A stretch of 62,521 nt of DNA, filler included, from Rhabdomonas costata (GCA_019059605.1; 27 parts of 27 records of this genome joined end to end with filler, not necessarily neighbours in it); one strand, 5' to 3'; shown: positions 50,504 to 62,521, numbered from the whole stretch's first letter. Made by a program: numbers and translations. The notes: generated by a model not told the origin, from the letters alone.

Positions 50504-52579
50504 GAACACGAAACAGAGATAGCTGTGGGCGTGTACTGTGCTGATGTGGCACGGCACACACACGTCCCTACACATCCTACTGAAAATAGGTATATTGCCA
50601 ACCAGGGGGTGGGGTAGTGAGGGGAGCCGCACAGCACGTCGCAAAACCCCATAGCCCCCTGGCATGCCGAAAGGGCCAAAGGCTTTGCGGCAAGGAAATG
50701 AATGTAACCTGGGTTGCAGAGGCGGAAAGGGCAAACCTCCCGCCATCGAGAACCTGCTGAGAAGGGCTAGGGAAACTTGGGAACGCAGGGTGGGGAGTGC
50801 CTTCGAAGGGCAGACAAACAAAACTCTAATAGATCTACTCTACCATGACGAGGAGCGCGGGGCCCAACGCGGGGGTGAGGATGGCAGCGAGGTAGAGCCC
50901 GGCGAGATCGGGGAAATGGTGGAGGTGCTCCACAACACCCNNNNNNNNNNNNNNNNNNNNNNNNNNNNNNNNNNNNNNNNNNNNTTAATTAATTAANNNN
51001 NNNNNNNNNNNNNNNNNNNNNNNNNNNNNNNNNNNNNNNNGTGTGCACATATTTTTTTCGCGAAAAAATTCTTCGCCCGTTTGCATATACCAATACCTGT
51101 GTGTTCCGAATCTTCAATGCAAGGATGGTTGTATGTATGGCAACAGGGCTTGGAAAAGGTGCTTGTTGACTTGTTGACCCCATTTTGAATTTTCCTTCTG
51201 GAGCCGATTTCTGGGTCTCCACGCCCGTCACCGCCGGTGTCTGCTGCTGAAGGAGACGGAAACCCCCATTCCCTCATAGTTCGGTTTTGTGACGTGGAAC
51301 AAAATAGACCCCGGGCGAAATTTCGGATTTGAAATTGTTGCATGTTTTTGCACTTTTTCCCTTCCCATTTTTGGTCTACAATTTGCTTTTTTTTCCAGCC
51401 CTGATGGTAACTTGCATGGATGGTAGTTTGTGGTGCCAATCAACGAAGTTCCCGGGGTGTGGAATGCTCTCCCAAAATATGCAGAATTATATGCAGCGGA
51501 ACGTGGAGACCAATCGCATGAGACTCTCTCCCTCTCGCAGCGTCGCTAGCGCGTGTTCGTCGTTCGCCGCTTCGCATCTGTCGGCCACCTCCTGAGCCCC
51601 AGTACTTCTTTCTGAACCCCTTTTGCAAATCGCAATAAATTGCACTGAAAAATTCGGCGGAAACTGTGCAAAAAAAAAGGGGGGGTGGCGGCCTTGCAGA
51701 TAGCTGCTTGTAGTTTCGGACGTTGCTTCTTTTCAGTTCTTGGTAAAAAAGTCACTTTATAACAAAAAAAAGAATCGAAGCGTGTGAAATGGTTTTTAAA
51801 CGTTTTTTTTTGGTTTTCTCGGGCTATGCCTACAGGCATCCCCACCCACTGAGATTCCCAGTCTCCCTAAGAACATCAGCGCGGGATAGGTACGCTCCCC
51901 ACAGACTCTCTGTGGCTCACGGAAGCCTCTAACCTACGAGGAAAGATACCCAACACAAAATGTCCAATACTGTAACTTACCATTTAACAACGTTAAACCG
52001 TTTAATACCCCCTCCCCACACACACATCCAATAAAAATGCTTCGGACCGGAAGTAAGTCCGTTTTAAAACCGTTTTAAACATAAACAAACCCCTGGTTTT
52101 AAAATGGCCAACCCCGGTCCAGTTGAAGACGAAAACCTGGTTCCCTGCTGGCGCTCGTGGGCGAAACTAGGGACACACCTTGCGAACCTTTTTCGCTGTG
52201 CCGCAGCTCAATTTCCACCCCCACCCCCCCTCGCAAGGTCATCATCATCCATAATCAAGTTTTTCGGGCTGATTAAATCATGATTTTTTAACGTCACGTC
52301 ACTGCATCAAGAGGGGTCCGCATAAGAGGGGTTCCATTGCCCTTGCACTGAAGGAACCGCTGATAGGAAAATAAAATTTCTGTACCCAAGGCCACGCAGG
52401 CGTCCCGCAAGAGATGCACACTACTCGCCAAGGCTTTAGTGACGCATCAGCAAAGGCGGATCAAGTGGCTGACAAACCAGCAAACACCATGTACAGTTCT
52501 ATGTTGAAAAGGTGTTCCTGATAAACAGACCTCCAAGAAAAGAAAGTGTGTGTGCATGGGTGGGTGGGGGTCTTTTCAG

Positions 52580-52777
52580 ACCAGTGAGGCGATCACCGGG
52601 GCAGAGGCTCAGCAGCTGGGGCTGGTACTGCGGGCTGTGCCTGCGGACTCTGTGCTGACAGAGAGCCTGGCGGTGGCCCGGAGGATTGCGGCTGGGGGCC
52701 CCGCGACGGTGCGGCAGACCATCCTCACCCTCCGCGCGAAGGCCAACGTGGGCCTGGAGGCAGCGCTGCTTCGGGAG
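52580..52777 (+). CDS. Enoyl-CoA hydratase/isomerase (crotonase) family, internal exon
   Basis: TSEAITGAEAQQLGLV...ARRIAAGGPATVRQT...LEAALLRE; AG/GT borders. Confidence 0.8.
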
Positions 52778-53502
52778 GTGGCCCCTCTCAATCTCTCTGT
52801 GTGTTGAGGCACTGGGCCGGGATCTGCTCGTTAGCTCGCTTGCGGTGTACTCCGTTTCCGGGGGTTTGGACTGTGACTCTATCCCTCATCAGGGGCGTGC
52901 TGACCCCGGGCTCTCTGTGTGTGTGTGTGTGTGTGGTGTGTGTGTGTGTGTGTGTGTGTGTTCATGTCTGTCTGTCTGTTTCGCCAAACCTGCGGTCTCA
53001 GACATATTCGAAGAGCTGCCACAGGGCCAGGTGCAGAGCCCGAAAGTAATAATCACGTGAAATTTGCAACACACGCGCACTCTCTCTCTCTCTCTCTCTC
53101 ATCCTTTCACAATGTCCCCCCACCTCAGCCACAGCCCCTGTGCATCCATCATCCCATCACTCCGCACCTCGCGCATCCAGAGCCCGACCCATCCTGATCA
53201 GATCATTCTGCTGCTCAGAGTTCTCCCTTTTCAGCTCTCGTACACGCTCCCCCACCACNNNNNNNNNNNNNNNNNNNNNNNNNNNNNNNNNNNNNNNNNN
53301 NNTTAATTAATTAANNNNNNNNNNNNNNNNNNNNNNNNNNNNNNNNNNNNNNNNNNNNGGTTGTGTGGCTGTGAATGAGCGTGAATTGGGGTCGTGAAAT
53401 GAATTATAATGGAATTCTCCTGCGATGGTCCATCTCTCTGATGAGAGATATGTGGCATCTTGGGCTGAGAAGTTTCCGTGGAAGGGTCTCTTCTCCAAAA
53501 AG

Positions 53503-53843
53503 GCAATGGCCGGGTGCACCGCTTCCTGATGCAGCAAATCCTCCGCCGCACTGGGGTGGTCCCCGAAATGCTCTTTCCGGTTTCCCGGGTGATCATCCGT
53601 GACCCCGATCCATACTATCGGGTCCTGAACGGGTTCGACGCGCAGTGCCTGCCCTACGTCCGGTTCAGCTTGGGCCCTGGGGGGACGATGACTGTCCACG
53701 GGCCCACGGCCCACTTGTACCGCTACTTCGATGCCACAGAGGCCGCGGAGTACCTCTACGACTGCGTGGCCACCTGTGTGTCACAGGAGCTCCCAAAGTA
53801 CTGCAGTGTGGTGCAGCAAGTTCGTGACAATAGCCTTATGTAA
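53503..53843 (+). CDS. Fic/Fido-domain protein (bacterial-type), 3' exon starting inside the catalytic motif
   Basis: (G)NGRVHRFL...FPVS..I...Y..VL...TAHLYRYFDATEAAEYLYDCV...ELP is the second half of HPFxDGNGR plus a C-terminal extension that I recognise from bacterial Fic proteins. Confidence 0.75.
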
Positions 53844-54453
53844 GTGATGCAGTGCGAGACAAACGTGCTGAAGGTTTTGGATGTTGCATCAGAAATGTGC
53901 TTGTACCATGCGATGACCCTTTGCCGTGCCATCTTTCTTGTGAAGGGAGCTGAATTCCTTCATCTGTGCTTGATGTTTATCGTGTTGCCAAGCAGTTATT
54001 GCCGCGCAAAACTTTTGCCATAGTCGTAATCCCCAATCGATTCTGAAACCGATGAAGTCAGGTGCAATTGATATTAGTTGCATTGAAGTTCTCTTGAGTG
54101 TGCGGAACGGAACTGAGGCTTCTGGCGGGTTTTTCATGCTGACATCCGTGTTGTGGAGAGGGTGATTCCCTTGGTTGCAGTGCTTCCTTGAAATTGTGTC
54201 CAAAACTGCAAAACTAACTGTCTATCTGTTGGTTTTAAGGCTTGCAATCGGCCTTTTTGGTGGACTCGGACTCCTGGGCAGCGCTTCTGGTTGCTTAGCA
54301 ACCTTCGTCAACCACACGTACTAGCTTTATCCTTCCGCTCTTTTTGTTTGACCTTTGACCATCTTTTCGGTGCCACTTACCCCGACGCCCCTCCCGGCCC
54401 CCTTGACCCTGGTTGGCGCGAGTGGTGCGGCCAGGGTTGTGTGTGTTGCGACA

Positions 54454-55260
54454 ATGCTCGGGAAAAGTCTGGGCATTAGGGGGGCGAAGAAGATGGCCGG
54501 TGGGTTCAGGGACAACCCCCCGAACACCCTCCGCGCCTCGGGACTGCTTCCGTACCGGCGGATGCGGGCGCCGTACTACCACATCCGGCTACCCCAAAAC
54601 CTCCTCACGGAGCTGGTCCGAGAAGACCAGCTCATCACCACCCTGAACCGGGCTCGAAGCCTGAAGCCCATCGCGGACCGTTTCGCTGGGCTGGCGAAGC
54701 GGGGCAAGGCACAGGAGCTGTACGAGCTTCTGAACGAACCTTTTCTGGTTCTCCAATCTATGCTACCCTCCTCCACCTCCTCCCTCCTCCCTGGGCTCAG
54801 ACTTACTCCCTCTTGCAGTCCTTTCTTCGGAGGAAAGGTGCAGCAGAGAAGGGACAGGATACACAGGATACAAGCTTCATGCGTACATGGGGAGGAGGCC
54901 AGCTGTGACAGATAACGTGCTCGCCCGCACGCAGCTCTCGTTTGAATGGCAGGGCTGGTTGCCTTACAAGCGGCAAATGGTATTGGGGAAATCATTCGTG
55001 GACAGGCGGTATTCCTTCAAGAAAAAACCACGCGAGCAGAGAAAGACGCGCGGAAACATCCCAGCAGGTCTGGGCGCATAATGGGGACTCTCTCTGTCAC
55101 ACCAATACGAATCTTCCCCACCGACCACTGACTGATTTGGGGGAAAGGCTCATTGCCTAGTTGCTTCTGCTGTTGTTTGTACCTCTTTCTTTATCTCGGA
55201 ACTGTATTATTTCTCTCTAATTTATAAGGTGGAAAAGGCCCTGGCGGACTTCCCCATTCG
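54454..55260 (+). CDS. MRPL17: Mitochondrial ribosomal protein bL17m (exons 54454-54747, 55229-~55260), 3'-partial
   Basis: NLLTELVREDQLITTLNRARSLKPIADRFAGLAKRG...EPFL|VEKALADFPIR has the L17 pattern and resembles kinetoplastid versions. Confidence 0.75.
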
Positions 55261-56126
55261 GTTTGCGGAACGCGACGCCTTCTTTGCCCGGGTCACCCCT
55301 CTGCATTATCGGGACGCCAAGTTTCCTCAGTATGCCGCGCGTGCGGAAAACCTGTGTGTGTAATGCGTGCAGTTCTCAGGACAGACTTCTCTCCACTGGC
55401 TATGGGTTCAATCCGTCGGTGACAAAACAAACAAAAAGTGTAAAAGATGTAGTCCCCGCCTCACAGGTCGCTGCAGCCATCTTTCTATATTCAGTTTCTC
55501 GCTCAGTTCCGAGATAAAGAAAGAGGTACAAGCTAACAGCAGAAGCAACTAGGCAATGAGCCTTTCCCCCAAANNNNNNNNNNNNNNNNNNNNNNNNNNN
55601 NNNNNNNNNNNNNNNNNTTAATTAATTAANNNNNNNNNNNNNNNNNNNNNNNNNNNNNNNNNNNNNNNNNNNNGTGTTGGGTGTGGTTGGTTGGTTTGGT
55701 CTGTGGGGGTGAATAATTGAGAGGGTTGTCTTCTGGGTTTGGACACCCTATGTGTCGCCGGGAGCTGCTACTTCTCCTGATACTGCTTCGTCACCAATTC
55801 GTGGATGTCCTGGATGGCTGCTGAAGGTGTGGGTGGATATTATTGTCTTGGCCTTCGCCACTAGCTTCGGTTCAACCTCACAGGTCGTGACAATGGGTGA
55901 ATTCTTTCGGTTTCGCTCCGGTATTCATTTTGGTCTTTACATGCGGGCTCCGCTGTTTGGGTGTTTGGCTCACACGTTCAGCACTACGGTGCAATTCGGT
56001 CTCTGGTTCCGGCTTTTGGTTATTATACGAGATCAAATGGCTGCGGAGGCTCCCCAAGGACCGAGAGGGTGTGGGACTGTTGGTCGTAGCGGAATGAGAA
56101 AAGAGGGAAGAAAAAGGCACCAGTAC

Positions 56127-56454
56127 CATAGATGTACTGGTACGACACCGCATTGTAGCTGTTCGACGTGCTGGTCCCGCCGGTGGTGATGATCGATGAG
56201 CCATCCGGGAGCACCACGGCCACGAAGCGCCCCAGACCCGTGGGCAGGCTGCTCGTGGCCTGAGTCCACGAAGTGCCGTCCCCCGTGCTGTCCGTCGTCC
56301 ACACGTTCGCTTGTACTCCGGAGGCGGTGCGGCCCCCAATGATCCACAGCAGGCCTTCAAACAGCACAAAGCCGAAGTCGGAGCGCGCCGGGAAGGGGGA
56401 CGCCGAGTTGGCAAGCGCCTCTGTCCAGGTCGCCCCGTCGAAGCTGTAGTATAC
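56127..56454 (-). CDS. Kelch/BNR-like beta-propeller exon
   Basis: VYYSFDGATWT...FPARSDFGFV...LWIIGG...VWTTDSTGDGTSWTQ...SIITTGG; AG/GT borders. Confidence 0.7.
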
Positions 56455-57782
56455 CTGCGCGTGTAGGCATTTTTGTTCTGGTGTGCACATCAATGCGGCC
56501 CTGTGTCCGTTTATGTGTCCAACGGTGCCACATCGGGTTGATTTTGGATGCATGATGTCCCGCTTAAGTGTCTTCGTAAGCATGCATATATGACTTCAGG
56601 GGGGCGGCACGATCACCACCAAAATTGTCCTACCAGCTCTGCCGTTAAAAGCTGCAAATATGCTCAGAGTGTGCTGGCTGGTGTGGGGTCGTCCAGGCCT
56701 ATCGCTGACACTCCTCCCCCACCACTCAGGCGTGCGTCAAACGGAAGGCGGAGGTTTCACGGCTAGTCGAGCCTCTGGAGGCCGCCCGGTGGGTGCTGAT
56801 GCTAACCTCTTTTCCGTGCCTTCCCTTTGTTGCATCGCTCACAAGTTCATTTGGCTCAGCTGGGGCCTTTCTCTATGCTGTGATCCACTTCGTTCATTTC
56901 GGGTGTTAACGTCTTCGGTTGAAGCTTGCTTGCGGGTTTCGGCTCTTGTACTATCCTCGTCACCCGCGAACCTGGGGTTGGGGTTGTCGAAACTGTGGGA
57001 ACTACTGTCCCTGTTGACTAGAGGCTGGCCATGCCACACGCAAAATGAGAGCAAGAAGGCGAGCGAAAGGGACTGAAAGGGACAGCACTCTCTATTTCCG
57101 TCCAAGTGTCAGCCTCATGATGCGCCATACGACAGGCTTTAGTGGCAGGCTCGCTGATGCCGGGTTGCCCAGAACTCCAGAGGAGTTGCTGGCATTGCGG
57201 ACGCAGGGCAACATACAGCTTCGGGTGCACCCACACAAATCTCACTGCTGTGTGAGGAAGGCCCACCACTGCCAAGTGTGCGGGCAGTGGAAGGCTGCGA
57301 CAGCGGCGGTGTTTCGGAAGCTCCAAGGGCGACGGTGCGGGGGGGGCCTCCCTCGGGGCTTGAAGCTTGAGGCCACTGAGCTCCGAACTCTTCCTGACGC
57401 TGTGGGCGGACCCGCAGGCGAACAGGAGAGGGACTCCGTTTCTCGGAATCATCCATAACAGCGATGGGCATCGCGGCATGGCCACCAGCTACCCACAGTG
57501 GGGCCCGCACTTGCATTATATCGGGCTTTTTCCGGGCCGAGTCATGTTTCTCTTCCACATATTTTATCACAGCTCTTGATGCAACAATCAAGCAGCAGGC
57601 GGCCTACAGGGAGCCAAGCGACACCATAGCCAAGGGCCCGAAAACAGCCACCAAATGGCTTTCCACCTCTCAGTTTCCATTTTGAGCAAAATCGGGTCAG
57701 ATTCAGCAAACAATAATGGCAAACCCCACCAATGAGATGAACAGAGCACACACACTGAAAAAGCATTGCAAAACCATCAAAC

Positions 57783-57889
57783 CTGTGCAGCTGCCGCTCT
57801 GGCTCCATGTCCCGTCCGATCCGCAGGTCAGGGTGCCGCTCCCAGTGTACCCTGTGTTGCACGTGAAGCTGCACGTGCTCCCCACCGCC
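57783..57889 (-). CDS. Sushi/CCP domain exon (partial)
   Basis: VGSTCSFTCNTGYTGSGTLTCGSDGTWSQSGSCT; phase-1 GT donor. Confidence 0.75.
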
Positions 57890-58045
57890 NNNNNNNNNNN
57901 NNNNNNNNNNNNNNNNNNNNNNNNNNNNNNNNNTTAATTAATTAANNNNNNNNNNNNNNNNNNNNNNNNNNNNNNNNNNNNNNNNNNNNACCCTAAGTGA
58001 AAGAATAGGACCCGCACTTGGACCCCACTCATTTTTTCTTGACAG

Positions 58046-58640
58046 GAATTGTACGCCTCGCGGCCGAGAACATTTACGAATTCATTGATCGAACTCCCGA
58101 GCGGGAGTTCTGCGTGGGCGCTTCAATGGTGGAAATTTACAAGGAAGCTGTCAAGGTCACTTGACAATGGAGCTTCTTTTGATTCGTTTTTGCAAACCTT
58201 GACCCTTGGTGAAGTTGCTTGCATTCACACAGGATCTGCTGAAGGGTGGTGATGTAATCAAGAACCCAGTTCGTGAAGAGGATCCTTGCCGTCCTGGCTT
58301 GGTAACTTTAAAAGCGGAGCGAAGGTCCATCTCTTCTGCAGAGGGACTGCTGGCCCTTCTGTCGGAAGGGGAAGGACTTTCATCCCGGTGTGCCTTCACC
58401 TGTCTGTGCTTGGTAGTTACTGGTGTTGGTACCCGAAGGCCATTGCCTTTTTCTTCACAGGCGCTGCACTGCAATGAACGAAGAGAGCAGCCGTAGCCAC
58501 ACTGTACTTCGAATCTACATTGAGAGCAAGGCCAGAGTCCAGGAGGGTGAGGTTTGCAGCGTCCTCTCTTTTGCCGAGAGTTCACTTTTCAAAGTAAGAC
58601 AGATGGAGACAGTTGGAACGAGACGCCCTAACACACACCA

Positions 58641-58672
<32 letters not shown>

Positions 58673-58702
58673 CACACACTCCACACACACACACACACAC
58701 TC

Positions 58703-58733
<31 letters not shown>

Positions 58734-59775
58734 TGCCGCTGTCGCTCAAAAGAAACTCCCATAGCTCCCACTCGGTTGGAGAGCTTTTTTCTTTCTTTTA
58801 CAGGAGGACATCGGCACCGCGTTCCAGAGTGAGCTGAACCTCGTTGATCTGGCAGGTCTACCTGTGTTTTTTGTTGCATCTGTGAAGCTCTGGGGTGCGG
58901 GGATGTTTTTCTTTCTGGCTACTCTTCTCCACGCTGCAGGGTCGGAAAACGCCAACCAGGGAGGTGGAACCGTGGATGCTCGACGCGAGATGGCCTTCAT
59001 CAATAAAAGCCTGCTCGCCCTCAGCTCTGTTGTATACCAACTCAGCGCACAAGGTTACTTTGTTTTTATACTCGCACGTGGGAGGTGAGGTGTTTTTGAA
59101 ATCTGACCAGCTGAGATCCTCTGGTACTCTCCAGTTTTAAACTCAATTATCAGCCATGGGGTTTGAGAGACAGGTTTCCTTTCTTAGATGACTTTCACAT
59201 CCCAGAAAAAGCAGAATAACAGCTTCGTCAAAGCTTCGTCAGGGTAGCAAACTTGCAGGGTGAAAACGCAGGAGGGTCATATTGGAAGTAAGGTGGTTCG
59301 GGTTTCTGCTTTGCTCACCTCCTCCCCTTGAATGAAAGGCTGGTTCCAGAGCAATCCATTGCAATCCAATCAATCCAATTTTATAATCGTTGCCTTATGA
59401 GGAGGGGGGTTTCGTTGGATCGTTGCCTTCAGATTTTCCGCTCTGTCGTGTTTTTCTATGGTCTGTTGTCTGTTGGTCACCCACCCTCTCCCCCGCGAAG
59501 CGCCCTCACCCCGTGTGCGTGCAAAGGGTCGCGTTGTCTCGACCGAATTCTTTTGAAACGGTAAATATGTCAGTGAAGGTTTTTGTTTTTCGTTTTTGTT
59601 CAGGGGAGAAGCGTCGCAACCTGCCGGAGTCGGCCCCTGGTGAATTTATCAACTACCGAGACAGTATCCTGACCCGCCTACTCCAGAACGCGCTGAACGG
59701 CAATTCAAAGACTTCGATTCTTTGCTGCATTTGCCCGGCGCTGTCATGCTGCTCCGCGACCCTAGCAACTCTTGA
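58046..59775 (+). CDS. Kinesin motor domain (kinesin-7/CENP-E-like), six exons: 58046-58155, 58233-58387, 58461-58551, 58804-58855, 58940-59053, 59604-59775
   Basis: SMVEIYKEAVK|DLL, MNEESSRSHT (switch I), LNLVDLAG|SE (switch II), INKSLLAL, INYRDSILTRLLQNALNGNSKT; all introns GT-AG. Confidence 0.92.
59163..59273 (+). repeat. Interspersed repeat family B, copy 3, in a kinesin intron
   Basis: TTGAGAGACAGGTTTCCT...AGAAAAAGCAGAATAACAGC...AAGCTTCGTCAGGGTAGCAA...AAACGCAGGA. Confidence 0.8.
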
Positions 59776-60019
59776 GTATCCCCCCTGCGCCGCCTCTGCC
59801 ATCTTTTTTGCAGTGAGGAAAAAGTGAGCAAGTGCTCGACTGCGTGCGTGAAGCTGGCATTGGGGTGACGGCGTGGTTGAGTGTTTGACAAATTTGAGTT
59901 TAAGTCCTGGGAATGCTCCAAAAATGTCCATGGCCGTGTATAAAGGGTCTTTCCACTTTCCACTCGCTCTGGCGTGGTCAGATGTTACGGTGTTACGGTG
60001 TTACGTTGTTACGGTTTTA

Positions 60020-60205
60020 TTTGTTACGGTACTTTTTGTGTTGTGGTTCCTTTCCTGGGTATTTCTGTTTTTTTCTGGTGTGTTTGAGGAAGATTACGGT
60101 GAATTAGCCCGGGAAGGGCGATGAACGGTTCCCAGGGGATGACACACAAAAAAAAAACAGAAATACCCAGGAAAGGTACCACAACACAAAAAGTACCGTA
60201 ACAAA
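60020..60205. repeat. ~55-bp inverted repeat ending at the contig edge
   Basis: 60020-60074 is the reverse complement of about 60151-60205, with one mismatch. Confidence 0.8.
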
Positions 60206-60306
60206 NNNNNNNNNNNNNNNNNNNNNNNNNNNNNNNNNNNNNNNNNNNNTTAATTAATTAANNNNNNNNNNNNNNNNNNNNNNNNNNNNNNNNNNNNNNN
60301 NNNNNG

Positions 60307-60491
60307 TGTGTTGAGCAGGACAAAGTAGATATTCTTAAATATACTGCACTGTGGCACGGTTTAGTTGAACAGGCTACTGCCATTGCGCCTGCCTCCGCAC
60401 ACACATGCACACCAATGGCAGTAGCCTGTTCAACTAAACCGTGCCACAGTGCAGTATATTTAAGAATATCTACTTTGTCCTGCTCAACACA
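60307..60491. repeat. Perfect 79-bp inverted repeat at a contig start (probable fold-back chimera)
   Basis: 60307-60385 is the exact reverse complement of 60413-60491. Confidence 0.9.
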
Positions 60492-62521
60492 ACCACCTAC
60501 GAGACCCTCTAAAACTCTCGCGCGTAGAGTGCAAAGTGCACCACGCATGCTTGCCATTTGTTCTCGCTCTTCATTTGCTTTTTTCCCTGCAGCATTCGGG
60601 CCCTTTACGCCGTGAAAAAGCCGAGGTGAAAGGACCAAGTAAGCCACAACGCAAGCCCAAGGTTCTAACTTAACACTGCGATACATCGCATATCCTTCTG
60701 GCGGATAATACTGTTATGGTGGTGCGTAGTCCGTGTTTTTTGAGTACGTTGAGGTGAAGTGATCTGAATTCGGCTATGCCGTGGTAAGGAGGAAGCGGAA
60801 TGGGAGGGAGGAAAGCATACGGGATGGGACCCATGAAGGACGGGGAATGAAAATACGTTGCCGGCCCTGGTGTAGGCGTGGGGTACGCGCTTTCCGTTAT
60901 CAGTATCACAGGGCCCAAAGCGCCGCTCTTAGCAGCATGCCAGATCAGCGCGAGCTGCGCGTTGGCCTGTGCGGCAGTCGTCCCCAGAGTCGTCAGAAAG
61001 ACCGTCACTGTCAGGCACGCCCAGAACGAAATGACAACCGCCTGTGTACCGCAAAATAAGCGATCATCGCCAGAGCTCCAACAAAACCAAGCACACGGCA
61101 GAAGCCCAAGTGGACTATGGAAATAAGCGTGGCATCACAGCTGCGAAGAGCGCTGCCACAAATGAGCGCAAACGGAACAAAGCGCTGACCCTTGAAGTCA
61201 AAGGGAGAACGCTTTCATGCGAAAAAAAACGCTTGTGAATAGCGAAGGGTTGGGGTCAAAAATTCGTAAGGAAAAGAGGAAACATAATGTTGTCCACACA
61301 GACTGAGGACCTCCCAATAGGGTGGTAATAAAAGAATGGACAGAATCCCGAGATTGGGCGTGTTGTGACGAGCACCTACCGTGACAACACACAATCACAC
61401 GTCTCGAAGGAACGGAACAAACCGCGGCGGGAACCCCGACGGCAGTCTGAATCAGCAGCAAAAGAGAAATCAAACAGGGTATATGAAAATGGCAACGGGC
61501 CAGAAAAGAAGGCTCATATCGCATCTGATATCTGATATCTGAGGTCAATGCATTCAGGAAGAAGATAAAGTCAAGTCAAACTTGAGAAGGTTCACTCTGT
61601 TTGCCTACACGCAACTCTCAAACGAACAATGTCTGCATGGTCCAGTTGTCCGGGATACAGAAGCAAAGCACAAGGAGAGGGGAGGAGCCACAAGCCAGGA
61701 CCAAAATTTCGCCCACAGAACAGATGGAAAGGAATGATGGAGAGATGGAGAGATGGAGAGAAGCTGTATATGCTAGGCTGCTTGTTCACCTTCAACTCGT
61801 CTTTCATTCCTCAGATAATAAACAGAGTCAAGGAACGCTTCCGAACTCACCAAAGAATGCATATGCCAATGGAACCCCGCACGCACACAAATCAGCAAGC
61901 TGAGGGGATTTGGAGCCGAAAGAAGAGTCAGTGAACCTGCGGAAGCTTCGAGCCGCCGGCCAACCGGAGGTCGAGGTGGTGGAGGGACCCGCACAGCAGG
62001 CCAAGCGGCCCCCCTACTGCAGAGAGGGGACCTGCACCGCTGCTCAGCCCCGAGGCCCCAGCCCGAAGCAGGGCCCCCGGAAGGTGGGGGAGCGAAAGTA
62101 TGTGTAGTCCAAATTGGGCCCAGAATACCTCCAAGACCTCGCCAGAGCTCGCTGAGATATTCACCAAAAAAACAACTTTGCGCTCCAAAAGATCTTCATG
62201 ATAAAAAGCAGATTGCACAGCCCTTGGAACTGGTATCGAGGCAAAGCCACCGTCGAGAGTCATTATTATGGCTTTCGGAGTCCAATGGGACAGATATTAA
62301 ATGCATCTCATTGAGCCGAAAATGGAGCCACGATCTTTTTCAACACAGGCACAACGAAATCGAATCAGCAAAGGGCCGTGCCCCCCATCCCCAAAAGAAG
62401 GCTTTCGAGAGTGGTTTCACTGCCTTGGTGCAGAAAGCTCATGACCAATCCCCACAGACGCGCCGGACCCGGAAACTAGTAAAACAAATAATTGCAACCA
62501 AATATTATTGCAAGCCCCCCC

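Noticed and set aside
38183..53843. PARP-like, PARG-like and Fic genes as a linked NAD/AMP modification or defence system
   Set aside because: They are on three separate contigs concatenated arbitrarily, so there is no evidence of linkage.
58370..58461. Possible GA donor or non-canonical intron in the kinesin near GE..T.MN
   Set aside because: The canonical CG|GTGTG...CACAG|G junction keeps the frame and the expected seven-residue spacing (GE-GLSSRRC-TAMN).
2220..60305. Regularly spaced TTAATTAATTAA palindromes resembling an array or CRISPR
   Set aside because: These are artificial linkers embedded in N runs; the regular spacing reflects size-sorted contigs.
60307..60491. Long perfect hairpin as a pre-miRNA or MITE
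   Set aside because: It sits exactly at a contig edge like the hairpins at 6988, ~25285-25421 and 60020. The one at 6988 visibly copies coding sequence, indicating fold-back amplification.

Overview
This window is not contiguous DNA. It is 27 unrelated contigs of about 2.2 kb joined by 26 artificial 100-nt linkers (N44-TTAATTAATTAA-N44), so no linkage can be inferred across a linker. The DNA is an intron-rich eukaryotic nuclear genome, most likely a euglenid. The support is a VPV/acid-base-dyad articulin, a kinetoplastid-like mitochondrial bL17, a CRE-clade retroelement and many short GT-AG/GC-AG introns. G/T-only contig starts, A/C-only contig ends and fold-back hairpins indicate whole-genome-amplified material. 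Recognisable gene fragments are CFAP20DC-like, articulin, ICE2/NARG2-like, an SLC25 carrier, an EGF-repeat protein, WDR27-like, a dCache receptor, tandem DCTPP1, an RRM protein, a PARP-like ADP-ribosyltransferase, MFAP1, a microbial-type PARG-like protein, a POT transporter, an enoyl-CoA hydratase, a bacterial-type Fic protein, mitochondrial L17, kelch and sushi exons, and a kinesin. There are also two decayed non-LTR retrotransposons and two short interspersed repeat families. The best novelty candidates are (1) an intronless protein made of at least 17 regular 39-aa helical repeats (OPR/SKWP-like, possibly a modular nucleic-acid binder), (2) a repeat ending directly in (TG)n and fused to a CRE-type RT, suggesting a microsatellite-targeting retrotransposon, and (3) a bacterial-type Fic enzyme whose catalytic motif appears split by an intron. 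All family assignments come from motif recognition by eye; no searches were run.
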